From: a virus
Taxonomy: Duplodnaviria > Caudoviricetes
Virus record (IMG/VR): IMGVR_UViG_3300027740_000003
Coordinates: 160,001 to 224,000 of that record
Strand: one strand, 5' to 3'
DNA: 64,000 nucleotides
The position numbers were made by a program, and so were the translations under genes. The notes beneath the pieces were generated by a model that was given only the letters and a program-made list of their open reading frames with translations, did not search any database and had not been told where the DNA came from. Numbering within the stretch: the first letter of the stretch is position 1; each line of letters begins with the position of its first letter. This document shows, one piece after another, positions 6,007 through 16,140 of the stretch.

Positions 6007-6370
6007 CTTTTACTCTCTGGTTAACAAATGCTACAATTGTTTTACACCTAGTCATTGAAAATTGTTTTATATCAAAATCTATTTTGTTTACTTTAATCTT
6101 CCTACACAAATCATCAAATATTTTCTTTCTTGTTTTTTCAGGAAGCAAATTATTTCTCCATAAACCTTCCATAGCCACTTCAGCTTTAACTCTTAATATA
6201 TGGCTTTTCTCATCCTCTTTAACAGGATTGCCTAAATTGTCAGCGTCTATCTTGCCTAGACAGCCATCAAATAACCATTTAGAACAAGAGTAGAATACTC
6301 CAATCCGGCCCTTCTGAAGAACCATATTAGAACTGCATTTAGGACAGGTTAGGTTTTTGTAGACTCTCAT
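5900..6370 (-). CDS. Topoisomerase-type C4 zinc-ribbon protein
   Basis: CPKCSSNMVLQKGRIGVFYSCSKW..GC matches the zf-C4 topoisomerase ribbon pattern. Confidence 0.65.
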   Translation of the reverse strand: MRVYKNLTCPKCSSNMVLQKGRIGVFYSCSKWLFDGCLGKIDADNLGNPVKEDEKSHILRVKAEVAMEGLWRNNLLPEKTRKKIFDDLCRKIKVNKIDFDIKQFSMTRCKTIVAFVNQRVKDVGRKTPQKSQNSFKCIRYESLGRKLREPELRDSV

Positions 6371-7599
6371 ACAACATCTTTCACAAAAAATTCATGCAAC
6401 TCGTGGTATACATATTTTATTAAACCTTTTTCTGGCCACAAAATTTCTAAATCACTTAATCTTTCTCCACCATTTCCACGTTCCTCTTTTATTGCTTTTT
6501 TCAATAAACCAACGTTTCCATTTTTATCACAAATTTTCATGTCCATAACCAATCTCTCCATTGGATAATTTAATAATGGAATAGAGGCATCCCTAACTGC
6601 CCAACCAAAACCAGGTTTTACTGCACCAGATATTTCCTTTGAACCAACGATTCCTCCAATGAATTCCATAGGATACTGTTTATCATAATAATTCCATATA
6701 AATGGAACTGTAGATATTCCTTTGGGGAATTCGTTAATTGTTAAACCTCCGCCGAAAGACTTAACATTATCAAAACATACATATTTATTTTGATAATATT
6801 CGTTATTTGTATCTATCAAATATGGGTAAAATTTAATAACATGACCATTGATAAATGGGCCTCCGCTCCCGCCACCTTCTGAATAAAAATTCATCCAAAA
6901 GTCTGTATCAACATTGCCTTTGGCACTGTCAACAATCTTCTCTAAAACCGGATCTAGTTTTATAGTCCACCAATCAAGATTATATTGTGCCAATTGTTTT
7001 GTTTTATCTCTAATTAGTTCCCAGTCTTCTACTGTTCCTTCCAGCGTGATAGAAGGAATTCCACAGAGGGTAGTACAAGAATAATTAAAATATTTGCTCA
7101 TTGCGTCCATAAAAACAATTTCACTACTTACTCTTTCTAATATTCCAGTTGTGCTGAAATTTCCCACTATTAAATCTTTTTGTGGACCAATTTCTTTGCC
7201 TATTTTTTCTGAGAATTCATCGAAACAACCTTCCCAATGATTATTGCCACCTTTTACAAAACTGTCTCTTCTTACATCTATTGTTTTCTTTCCATCGAAA
7301 TTAACAAATTTGCTTCGTAATTTTTCTGCATTTTCAGTAATATGAGCAGCCATCCCACGTTCTATTGTTAGCCAAATAGAATCAGGATCAAGAATTAAAT
7401 GACGATGCTCTGCAAATGAAAGCTGAACAACAGATACCAAACCTGATCCAGTTCCGGAAACAAATTCTCCTTCTGAGCATTGTTCTAAATCACCCCCAAC
7501 CAATTGTTTTATTTGTATGTTAGTTTTTGATTTTCGGGAAGGATCGGTGTTGGTAGAAAAATTCTTTTTAGTTAGTGCTACGTCAAATGTTGCTGTCAT
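6367..7599 (-). CDS. DUF4419-like protein
   Basis: H..L.L.PD.IW, FSTT, DAMSKYFNY...CGIPSITLEGTVEDW and GGSGG..INGH motifs recalled for this family. Confidence 0.75.
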   Translation of the reverse strand: MTATFDVALTKKNFSTNTDPSRKSKTNIQIKQLVGGDLEQCSEGEFVSGTGSGLVSVVQLSFAEHRHLILDPDSIWLTIERGMAAHITENAEKLRSKFVNFDGKKTIDVRRDSFVKGGNNHWEGCFDEFSEKIGKEIGPQKDLIVGNFSTTGILERVSSEIVFMDAMSKYFNYSCTTLCGIPSITLEGTVEDWELIRDKTKQLAQYNLDWWTIKLDPVLEKIVDSAKGNVDTDFWMNFYSEGGGSGGPFINGHVIKFYPYLIDTNNEYYQNKYVCFDNVKSFGGGLTINEFPKGISTVPFIWNYYDKQYPMEFIGGIVGSKEISGAVKPGFGWAVRDASIPLLNYPMERLVMDMKICDKNGNVGLLKKAIKEERGNGGERLSDLEILWPEKGLIKYVYHELHEFFVKDVV

Positions 7600-7643
7600 T
7601 GTATTATATCCCTAATAGTTAGTTAATTTTTTCTTGATTGGAA

Positions 7644-7832
7644 TCAACCATTTTTATACCCATCCTTCGCCCAACCACTTCCTTTTAAATGAAATGGTGG
7701 GGCTCCTGATATTAATCTTTTAGCAGATTCTTTTCCACATTTTGGGCATATTTTAATGACAGGATCTGTAATCTTTTGATCTTCTTTCCATTCGTGTTTG
7801 CAATATTCACAGATGTAATCGTATTCTATCAT
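7644..7832 (-). CDS. FmdB-family zinc-ribbon protein
   Basis: YDYICEYCKHEW...CPKCG...RLIS...F.LKGSGWAKDGY. Confidence 0.85.
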   Translation of the reverse strand: MIEYDYICEYCKHEWKEDQKITDPVIKICPKCGKESAKRLISGAPPFHLKGSGWAKDGYKNG

Positions 7833-8752
7833 TTGAAAAACTCCATAGCATCAGCATATTTGAATCCACATCTAGAAGCAAAGGTTTTATCAGACGTCAT
7901 GTCTCCAACCATAATGCATTCTTTAGGATTTAGTTTATATTTCTCTACAAACTCTATCCCTATTCCAGGCATAGGTTTCCTCTTCCATGATATAATCGGA
8001 GGAACTTTAGATGTATCAAATTGATACTCTATATCTAACCCAATCAATTTATTAGTATGTTCAAAACAAGCAGTGGCAGCTTCTATTGTTAAATCTCCTT
8101 TTGCTACACCGCTTTGATTAGATGCTCCTAATAATTTGTATCCTTTTTCCAGGTATGATTTTAAAACCTCTGTTCTTCTTGGCAATAATTTTATTTGATC
8201 TGTGCTTGTTGGGAACATACCGTTTCCATTAACAATTTCTCTTAATGTTCCGTCATAGTCCAATATTAATGCTTTATTAACATATTCTGATTCCCATTTC
8301 CTAGTAAAGTTATTCTTAATTATTTCTGAAAATCCCTCGTTTATATTTGGTTTTTCAAATTCTTTGTTGGCTTTGAATAATACTGCCGGTGGAAATGTGT
8401 TTGGATCTTTTTCCTTTTTTAACTCTTCGGGAGTTAATACTTTGCCAAATTTAGAACACATTCTCCTACATGCATTAACTTGACAATCTTCTATACTGGT
8501 AGTTTGCCAGATACATTTAATTTCAACATTATATTTCTCAGCCAGATCAATAAAAGGTTTTCTATCTGAAACTTTAGTAAACAAATTATCTATAATAACA
8601 TCTTTTGATGAAGATATTAGAACTTCTAGTTTAGGCAGAAGATCAACAACTTTTCCGCCTACAAGATCTCTGTTAAGTCTTTCGTAGGTTGGATATTGGT
8701 TAGTTATTGTTGTTTTTCCTGAAGCTGGCAAACCACAAACAAGTAAAATCAT
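7829..8752 (-). CDS. Bifunctional polynucleotide kinase (AAA_33) / HAD phosphatase, Pnkp-like
   Basis: N-terminal GLPASGKT P-loop; C-terminal DYDGT, RKP and MVGD..SD HAD motifs. Confidence 0.85.
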   Translation of the reverse strand: MILLVCGLPASGKTTITNQYPTYERLNRDLVGGKVVDLLPKLEVLISSSKDVIIDNLFTKVSDRKPFIDLAEKYNVEIKCIWQTTSIEDCQVNACRRMCSKFGKVLTPEELKKEKDPNTFPPAVLFKANKEFEKPNINEGFSEIIKNNFTRKWESEYVNKALILDYDGTLREIVNGNGMFPTSTDQIKLLPRRTEVLKSYLEKGYKLLGASNQSGVAKGDLTIEAATACFEHTNKLIGLDIEYQFDTSKVPPIISWKRKPMPGIGIEFVEKYKLNPKECIMVGDMTSDKTFASRCGFKYADAMEFFK

Positions 8753-9039
8753 AGTATTAAATCCTTAATCATTACTTCATCACAACTTAGTAGATCGGTT
8801 GGTAAAATTGACTTTTTATCAAATATTAGCGAAGTTCCTGTCATAAAACATTTTTTGCATTTCCAGGACGCTTTATCGTAGCTATATTTTCCTCCAAAAT
8901 ATCTTTCCCATTCATGATCTAATATTTTAAATGGTTTTAACATTTTATTCCCATAACAATCACCAAATGTATAAGCTATTATTTCAGGATAAACAGCGCT
9001 TCGATAAATATATCTTTTTATTTTAACAATATTAACCAA
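8749..9039 (-). CDS. IKDIIE-tail family, zinc-finger class
   Basis: LDHEW...CKKC...LSCDEVMIKDLIL-stop. Confidence 0.75.
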   Translation of the reverse strand: MVNIVKIKRYIYRSAVYPEIIAYTFGDCYGNKMLKPFKILDHEWERYFGGKYSYDKASWKCKKCFMTGTSLIFDKKSILPTDLLSCDEVMIKDLIL

Positions 9040-9103
9040 TTTATATCCGGTTCTTTTTAGACCAAAATTAGTAATATATGAAAACTTCTTCTTCCTAACT
9101 GTT

Positions 9104-9412
9104 TTACCAGGTTTGATTAAATGAATTTGATTGTTCCATTTTTTTTATATTTTCTGGCAATAAATTCCATTCATATTTTTCATTATCAGTTAATTCTGAT
9201 TCTTTTATATGTTCTTTAAAATTGGTTAAAATCCTGTCATAAATTCCATCAATTTTATATTCTATAATTCTTTGGGCAAATTTTACTTTACTTAGGATAT
9301 AAATTAAATCATTGTAAAACTGATCAATTGTAGAGAATTCATCATTATACACGGGCAAATATTCTGGATCCACATATTCGTACTTATCATCAAAATAAAA
9401 AGATGAACTCAT
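9104..9412 (-). CDS. Hypothetical acidic protein
   Basis: 102-aa ORF coupled by ATGA to the upstream tail gene. Confidence 0.65.
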   Translation of the reverse strand: MSSSFYFDDKYEYVDPEYLPVYNDEFSTIDQFYNDLIYILSKVKFAQRIIEYKIDGIYDRILTNFKEHIKESELTDNEKYEWNLLPENIKKMEQSNSFNQTW

Positions 9413-9750
9413 TGGATAATATCCTTAATCATTACTTCATCAGCGGTCAATAATAACAACTCCGTTGATCCTTTAGAATTACCCCTGTATTTTGTTTTTA
9501 AATTTTTCTTATCTACATTTATATACATTACCGGGCTGTTCTCTGACATTTTTTGAGCTTCTAAACCGGTTTTGTTGCATCTAAATGTTCTGGGCCATGT
9601 CAATTGTTTTTGAGATCCGTCTTCTTCAAACTCTATCATTGTAATATCGAACCAGTCAAATGTTTTTGCACACTCTATAGCTTTTTCATAATCTTTATTT
9701 CTAATTGTTGGTTCAAATTTTTGTGATTTTGTTATTTGGAAAAATGCCAT
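9409..9750 (-). CDS. IKDIIE-tail family, degenerate zinc-finger class
   Basis: TFRCNKTG...LTADEVMIKDIIQ-stop; SD-like AAGGA upstream. Confidence 0.75.
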   Translation of the reverse strand: MAFFQITKSQKFEPTIRNKDYEKAIECAKTFDWFDITMIEFEEDGSQKQLTWPRTFRCNKTGLEAQKMSENSPVMYINVDKKNLKTKYRGNSKGSTELLLLTADEVMIKDIIQ

Positions 9751-9866
9751 ATCTAATCCTTTTTAAAAAATTGACGCAAATGATACTTCGTATCATTTGA
9801 TTATATATTGCATTTGATCCTTAGGATCTACTATTTGTATAGATCATAGTAGAGGATCAATAAGGA

Positions 9867-10037
9867 CTACTTTGCAATAGTCGTGCCAACATTTGGACGG
9901 CGAATATAAATTTCTAGGCCTAAAATTTTAATAAATGAATAATTCCCCATAATTTTTGTAAATTGGTTTCTTCTGAAGCAGAATAACCAATCTGTTGTGG
10001 GAAGCCAATTAAACCAAACGTTTCCTAGTTTTCTCAT
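9867..10037 (-). CDS. Small hypothetical protein (56 aa, not in track)
   Basis: MRKLGNVWFNWLPTTDWLFCFRRNQF...; ATGA overlap with the Thg1 stop. Confidence 0.5.
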   Translation of the reverse strand: MRKLGNVWFNWLPTTDWLFCFRRNQFTKIMGNYSFIKILGLEIYIRRPNVGTTIAK

Positions 10038-10786
10038 TTTTCATCTTGCTCCAAAGCTTTTTCAATTATTAAACTGTCCTCCGAGAAAATTGGAGTTTCC
10101 GAGCTGGCATAGATTTTACTTCTTATAGATCCAGAATCAGATGTTTCTTTTGCCCTACATAAACATATTCCAAGTTTTTCCCAATCTGATAATTTGTCCC
10201 AATCTATTCCTTTGTTTTTTAACATTAATTTCATCTCTTTACATGTTTTGTTCATTAGCTGCTTATGAGAGAAATTTGCTTGTGCTAGACTTGATACGCT
10301 ATTTCTTATCGTGTCAAGTTGCCTCCAATAATAATAATTCACCACATCTTCTCTTGGAACTACGAAGGCCCGGCAATCAAAGAGAGCGGGGTTCTTGGGA
10401 ACGCTTTTCCCACTGGCGAGGATGAATTCTAAAACAGCTTTGTTGAAGGCTGCTGTAGCGATACTGGCAGAGACTGAAACGACCTTAGACAGCTTACTGC
10501 CAAACCAGGGCTGGGTATTGAATTTCCGGTATGGATTTATTAAAATAGAGATCTCGTCAGATTGAGTATAAGCAAACTCAGCTCCGGATATTTGTTTAAT
10601 GAGAGCCGATGAGGTTTCAATCATTCCGTGTCGGATCGCAGGATCCCATGGTTTATCAAACTTTTTGGTATACGAAGAAAAATGGCAACCATCAACACGA
10701 ATAATAATTGGAGACCGGGGAACTAAAAATATTTCACTAGACAATTCATATTGTTTCATCCTTTTTCCCAAATTATTAAATTTCAT
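10034..10786 (-). CDS. thg1: tRNA-His guanylyltransferase Thg1-like 3'-5' polymerase
   Basis: RMKQYE, IIIRVDG..F, YTQSDEISIL, FDCRAF and YYWRQ.D motifs. Confidence 0.92.
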   Translation of the reverse strand: MKFNNLGKRMKQYELSSEIFLVPRSPIIIRVDGCHFSSYTKKFDKPWDPAIRHGMIETSSALIKQISGAEFAYTQSDEISILINPYRKFNTQPWFGSKLSKVVSVSASIATAAFNKAVLEFILASGKSVPKNPALFDCRAFVVPREDVVNYYYWRQLDTIRNSVSSLAQANFSHKQLMNKTCKEMKLMLKNKGIDWDKLSDWEKLGICLCRAKETSDSGSIRSKIYASSETPIFSEDSLIIEKALEQDEK

Positions 10787-10790
10787 ATAT

Positions 10791-11588
10791 TTAATTTATT
10801 TTTTTGTGGAAGGCTCTGTTGCAGATATAGCATTTGTATGCCTGTCTTGTTGCAACTTTATTATTGTAAGTTTTACCATTTTTAAAAGTTTTATTTAAAC
10901 AAAATTTGCACGGAACATTTTCTTTATCATTTAATAATTGATAATTTTTTCTCCAAATATCTGATTTTCTATCCATAAAATCAAATACAGGATCTATTAA
11001 ATCAACAAATTTTTTAACATTTTTTTTATTAGTAATATACAATATCGGTTGAAACTTGTTTTTACGATCTGTATACCCTAAAGATGTTTTTATATCAAAT
11101 TTTGACAGTTCTTTTTGCAGAATTTTTATATCATTTTCTGAAAATGAATGCGTAGATAGTTTTATTGAATAACGTCCTTTTTTGATAACAATTGATCCGT
11201 CATCTGCAAACCAAGTTGCTATTATTTCTGCATTTAAACACAAATCTTCAGGAATTGTCTTTTTGCCATTTTTATACCATTTTTTATGTAATGATGTAAA
11301 AAATCTATTACATTTTGTTCTTAACCTGATGTTATAATAAATTTTATTAGTTCTTTTGTCGAAAATAGCCCCTTCTGATACGGACTTTTCTGTAAGAAAA
11401 TTTATTAATTTATTTTTGCTAAAAAGAAGGTAATTTTTATCTTTTATTGCTCGGGTTAATTTTAAACAAGCATTTTTGCCAAATTTGTGTAGTTCAAGAT
11501 GTCCGTCTCCTAAAATTAACCCCAAAACATGATTCATTATATTCATAATTAAATGAAAAATTATTACCAGACATGTAATTATTTTCAT
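10791..11588 (-). mobile_element. Double-motif LAGLIDADG homing endonuclease with C-terminal zinc ribbon
   Basis: VLGLILGDGHL and IIATWFADDGSI motifs; CKFC...CYIC tail. Confidence 0.88.
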
Positions 11589-11604
11589 TGTGATGAAAAA
11601 TAGT

Positions 11605-11688
11605 TATAATTGGCATACGTGGAGTAAGACAAAATTGATAAGTTCCTTCGTAAGATTTCATCCTATTGCCAAGATCACTGTTTTCCAT
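11605..11688 (-). pseudogene. Orphan 5' fragment of a second thg1 allele
   Basis: MENSDLGNRMKSYEGTYQFCLTPRMPII is 14/28 identical to the N-terminus of 10034..10786, then similarity ends. Confidence 0.8.
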
Positions 11689-11978
11689 TATTCTATTATA
11701 TCCTTTATCATTAGTTCATCTTTGGTTATCAACACAGAGTTTTCTTTTATTTTATCTAAAACTTCGGGAAATTTATTATTGGACACACTAGCTATTATTT
11801 TGCTTGAACTGGTTGTTATTTTTCGTTTTGTTCTCTTGTTTTTTGGATATAAAATTTTAATTATATCATTTTTAACAAAAATAAACCCCCATATACAATC
11901 TTTGTATTGCAAATTACCAATTGTAAATGACCGTTTGGCTAAATAAAATTCTTCTCTCTCAATTTTGACAATATTCAT
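11688..11978 (-). CDS. IKDIIE-tail family, Cys-less member
   Basis: Likely start MNIVK at 11978 (ATGA overlap); ends LITKDELMIKDIIE-stop. Confidence 0.75.
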   Translation of the reverse strand: MNIVKIEREEFYLAKRSFTIGNLQYKDCIWGFIFVKNDIIKILYPKNKRTKRKITTSSSKIIASVSNNKFPEVLDKIKENSVLITKDELMIKDIIE

Positions 11979-12730
11979 TCTATTATATCTTTTATCATTA
12001 AATTGTCTATTATTTCTTCGGCAAATTCTTTCCAATCTGGACATAATAATATTATGTTTATATTATATCCAGATTGTTCTATTGCAGTTTTTTGAACTTC
12101 TTTAGGAGGGTTCTTTATAAATTGAATAGAATATGCATCTTGTTTAACTGCTTCTAATTTTATTTCTTTAGAAGGATTTTTTATAAATTGAATAGAATAT
12201 GCATTTTGTTTAATCGCTACTAATTGTACTTCTTTAGAAGGATTCTTTATAAATTGAATAGAATATGCATTTTCTTTAACAGCTGCTAGTTTTATTTCTT
12301 TAGAAGGGTTATTTATATATTGAATAGAATTTCCATTTTGTTTAACTGCTTCTAATTGTACTTCTTTAGAAGGGTTCTTTATAAACCTAATACGAAATCC
12401 GTCTTGTTTAACAGTCTCTAATTTTGTATTTTTTGTGGGTTTATTTATAAATTGAATATAACTTCCGTCTCTTTTAACCACTACCAGTTGTACTTTTTCT
12501 GTAGGATTTTCTATATACTTAATTGAAATTGGGTCTAGTTTAACAGCTTTTAATTGTATTTCTTCTGAAGGATTTTTTATATACCTAATTGAATATGAAT
12601 CTTGGTTAATAGTTTCTAACTGTACTTCCCTAGAAGGATTTTTTATATATTTAATGTAATCACTGTCAAAATCAATAAGTTTTCCTAAATGAGATGATAA
12701 TAAATCCTCAACTTTTTTAGCATGCGACAT
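11975..12730 (-). CDS. 22-aa repeat (DUF4116-like) solenoid protein with IKDIIE tail
   Basis: About 9 NPSxExQLxAVKQxxxSIxxIK units; ends IIDNLMIKDIIE-stop. Confidence 0.85.
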   Translation of the reverse strand: MSHAKKVEDLLSSHLGKLIDFDSDYIKYIKNPSREVQLETINQDSYSIRYIKNPSEEIQLKAVKLDPISIKYIENPTEKVQLVVVKRDGSYIQFINKPTKNTKLETVKQDGFRIRFIKNPSKEVQLEAVKQNGNSIQYINNPSKEIKLAAVKENAYSIQFIKNPSKEVQLVAIKQNAYSIQFIKNPSKEIKLEAVKQDAYSIQFIKNPPKEVQKTAIEQSGYNINIILLCPDWKEFAEEIIDNLMIKDIIE

Positions 12731-14767
12731 TTATACATCCTCCACAGATTCATCATATCCAAGCAATTTGTCTTTAGACTTGGCGCCAAATTTATCTACA
12801 ATTATCTTTTGCCATTTTGTCTGTTCAATAATCGCCGAAGCTTCACCTTTTGTTATATTTGTTATATCTAAATCAAATTTTATTTTCCCAGCAAACATTA
12901 GATTCTCAATAAACTTCTTTTGAGAATCACTTGCTAATGTCTTCTTCCATTTAGCGTCTCCCCTAACCAAAGGCAATACTCCAGCTTTCCTAGCCGATTC
13001 TACAATATAACTTTTAGCATCTTGCTTTGTTAACCTGTCATCTTTCAATACAACAAGATCATTCTTAACCTTGGTCATTTCTACAATACGACCTTTGTCG
13101 GTAGTAGTTGGAAAACACAAATAGAATATCCTGTCCACTTTCTTTTTATCTTTTTGTTCAGATATCTCTTGGAACTCATGTTTTACTTTAAGATCAGATA
13201 TTGATACAAATTCCTTCCTTCCAGACATCCATCCGTCAGAATTAAATTCTACTTTTACTTCTAATCCCAGTCCAATATCAACAATTTTCCCTTCGCCAAA
13301 CGTATCATGCATAACATTAATAGGATATTGTTTTACAGCACTTATTGTTGGTTTAATTGTTAGCGGTTTCCACGTTGATTTGTCAATTATTTTATCCAAC
13401 AACTGTTCTTCGGTCCACGTAATAAGCCTTTGATCATTTGCAACAACCCATGAGGTTATCTGCATAAAATCGTCATCTGTAGTCCATCGGTCTTGGTCTT
13501 GATGAATCATAAATACGGGGAAATTGATAAGCTTTTCTGCAATATGGTCATTGGTTGGGTTTTTGCCAGTACCAGATCCTTGCAGCTCTTTCCAAGTTGG
13601 AAGATTTGCTGTTAAGATATTATTGGCTCGTTTCTTTTCTCCATACATATCACCATGTTGAGCCATATCCTCAAATGTGATACGAGATTGTTTTACTTTA
13701 AGCTTATCGTATACATCAACTATAATAGCATCAGTTTTGCCTGGATATTTTCGCAATGGCCGTCCAGCCATTTGAAGATAAAGCCCAAGGCTTCTTGTTG
13801 GTCTAGCAATAGTTGCAAAGCTTAAATGTGGAACATTCCAACCTTCCGTGCAAACCAAATTATTAACGAAGCAATCTATTTCACCGCCTCTAACTTTTTC
13901 CATAAAATATCTTCTTTGTTCTTTTGGCGTATCTCCATAAACCTCAGCCGCTCTAATGTCATTTTTTAATAATTCATACATATCATGAGAATGAGCAACA
14001 TCAACACCAAATAATATCCCCTGTCTTTTTTGGTCTTTAACTAGCTCTATAATGCGCTTTGCAATTAATTTATTTCTTTCTTCGGTATTTACTGTTTGAG
14101 ACAGTTCTTTTGTGGCAAAATCTCCCATTTGTGTTTTAACATTGGCTAAAGATACATTAGATTTTAATATTTCTGGAACTGCTGCAATTAGATATCCATG
14201 TGATATAGCTGTTCCTATATCCATTTCTAATAAAACTTCTCCTAGAGGCAGTTCATCACCAGAAAACCTCCAAGGGGTAGCTGTAAGTCCAAGAATTTTT
14301 GTTCTGGGAAACCAATCTTTTAAATTTTGATATGTTTTATTTTTCTCAGAAAAATGATGATATTCATCTATAATTATTAGATCTGGTTTGAATCCTTTTA
14401 AATGAGATCTTCTTCCGGCTAATGTCTGAACAGACCCAACAATAATATCGCTATTATTATCGGCTTTAAATTCTGCCATTTCTTTTGATAATTTTTGTGT
14501 CCATGATACTGTTTCTGACAAACAATCATTAGCCTGATCAATAAGCTCCTCCCTATGGGCAACCCAAAGAATTTTTAAACCACTAATTTTATCAATGCAC
14601 AATGATGCGGATTTGGTTTTTCCAGTGCCACAAGGAAGAATGATTGTGGCCAATTTCCCATCAGTATTAATCCATTTCTCAAAATTTTCAACAATCCTTT
14701 CTTGATATCTTCTTTTCTCAAATTGAATCATTAATTCACCATTTGAACCTTGGTATACCAGGAACAA
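12731..14767 (-). CDS. SF2 (ResIII/DEAD-like) helicase
   Basis: LPCGTGKT, DEYHH, GLTATP, TEGWNVP and QMAGRPLR motifs. Confidence 0.9.
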   Translation of the reverse strand: MFLVYQGSNGELMIQFEKRRYQERIVENFEKWINTDGKLATIILPCGTGKTKSASLCIDKISGLKILWVAHREELIDQANDCLSETVSWTQKLSKEMAEFKADNNSDIIVGSVQTLAGRRSHLKGFKPDLIIIDEYHHFSEKNKTYQNLKDWFPRTKILGLTATPWRFSGDELPLGEVLLEMDIGTAISHGYLIAAVPEILKSNVSLANVKTQMGDFATKELSQTVNTEERNKLIAKRIIELVKDQKRQGILFGVDVAHSHDMYELLKNDIRAAEVYGDTPKEQRRYFMEKVRGGEIDCFVNNLVCTEGWNVPHLSFATIARPTRSLGLYLQMAGRPLRKYPGKTDAIIVDVYDKLKVKQSRITFEDMAQHGDMYGEKKRANNILTANLPTWKELQGSGTGKNPTNDHIAEKLINFPVFMIHQDQDRWTTDDDFMQITSWVVANDQRLITWTEEQLLDKIIDKSTWKPLTIKPTISAVKQYPINVMHDTFGEGKIVDIGLGLEVKVEFNSDGWMSGRKEFVSISDLKVKHEFQEISEQKDKKKVDRIFYLCFPTTTDKGRIVEMTKVKNDLVVLKDDRLTKQDAKSYIVESARKAGVLPLVRGDAKWKKTLASDSQKKFIENLMFAGKIKFDLDITNITKGEASAIIEQTKWQKIIVDKFGAKSKDKLLGYDESVEDV

Positions 14768-15293
14768 CCTTTATATTAGTTGCTTTAATATGCTGGTGAT
14801 ATTTAGCAACAATTTTTTTCTGATCCATTGTTAAAGCATACCAAAATGGATGCTTGGCAGGATCTTCTGGATTGGTCAATATGCCTTTATATTTTTCCTG
14901 ATGTGTAGTAAGATTATATGCCCACTCTTGTTCTCTTTGTTCATCAAGCATATTTACATTAGATAGTTTATGTTCATGTCCGCTGATTTCTGAATATATT
15001 TCATTCACTCGCCCATTAAACATATTTCCAAATGGCAAAATATCAGCATAAAGTTGAAACCTTAACCAAGGTCTAGTTATTTCCAGATCAATTAAATTTT
15101 GACTGCCAACAACAAGCAGGTTTTTATCCTCTATTTCAATTATATCATCTTCATCATCTTCAAAATAATAAACTTCAGCGGTTAATCCGGTTTTATCACA
15201 TAATAGTTTCAAACCATCGCATGTGGCCGCGAATCCATTTGTTCCAAATGCTTTATTCTGTTCTATAAGCCATTCAACAAGTTTATTCATCAT
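14736..15293 (-). CDS. Hypothetical protein
   Basis: 185-aa ORF, ATGA-coupled. Confidence 0.7.
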   Translation of the reverse strand: MMNKLVEWLIEQNKAFGTNGFAATCDGLKLLCDKTGLTAEVYYFEDDEDDIIEIEDKNLLVVGSQNLIDLEITRPWLRFQLYADILPFGNMFNGRVNEIYSEISGHEHKLSNVNMLDEQREQEWAYNLTTHQEKYKGILTNPEDPAKHPFWYALTMDQKKIVAKYHQHIKATNIKVVPGIPRFKW

Positions 15294-16140
15294 TCTATTA
15301 TGTCCCTTATTATTACATTATTATATATTGTTTCTAACGTTTTTGTATCTAACCTGGATAGATTTATAGTCCCAATAACATTTAAATTATATTTACTTGC
15401 AACAACGGCTTGTTGTTGTACTTCTTTTGAAGGGTTTTTTATAAATTTAATAGAAGACGGGTTTTGTTTTACAGCTGCTAGTTGAATTTCTTTTGAAGGG
15501 CTCTTTATACTTACAATAGATAGACCGAATTGTTTAACAGCTGCTAATTGGACTTCTTTAGATGGATTTTTTATATATTGAAGTGCATATCCATTTTGTT
15601 TAACAGCTAGTAATTTCATTTTTTCTGAAGGATTACGTATGTCTTCAATACAAAGTGAACATTGTTTAATAGCTGCTAGTTTTATTTTTTCGGAAGGTTT
15701 TTTTATATATTGAATAGAAAAACCGTTTTGTTTAACAGCCTCCAATTGAAGTTCTTTAGAAGGATTATGTATAAATTGAATAGAATGCCCGTTTTCTTCA
15801 ATCGCTGCTAATTTAACTTCTTTTGAGGGATTTTTTATATATTTAATAGAACATCCGTTTTGTTTAACAGCTACTAGTTTTATTTTTTCGGAAGGATTTT
15901 TATATAACATATAGATCCTCCGTTTTGTTTAACTGCTTCTAATTTTAATTCTTCTGAGGGGTTCTTTATAAACTTAATAGAATATCCGTTTTGTTTAACA
16001 GCTGCTAATTGCATTTCTTCAGTAGGATTATTAATATTTCGAATATTATGTAAATCTTGTTTAACAAGATTTAATCTTTTAGAATATAAAAAATTATCTA
16101 ATTTAGAGATAATGTCCGATTTAACAAGTTCATTTGTCAT
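15290..16140 (-). pseudogene. Frameshifted 22-aa repeat protein with IRDIIE tail (track ORFs 15880..16140 plus 15290..15910)
   Basis: The repeat register continues across a 5-T run at 15897-15901 where sister repeats have 6 T; adding one base fuses the two ORFs. Confidence 0.75.

Noticed and set aside
10787-11604. Group I intron in thg1
   Set aside because: The endonuclease ORF fills nearly the whole interval, and the downstream thg1 has its own complete start.
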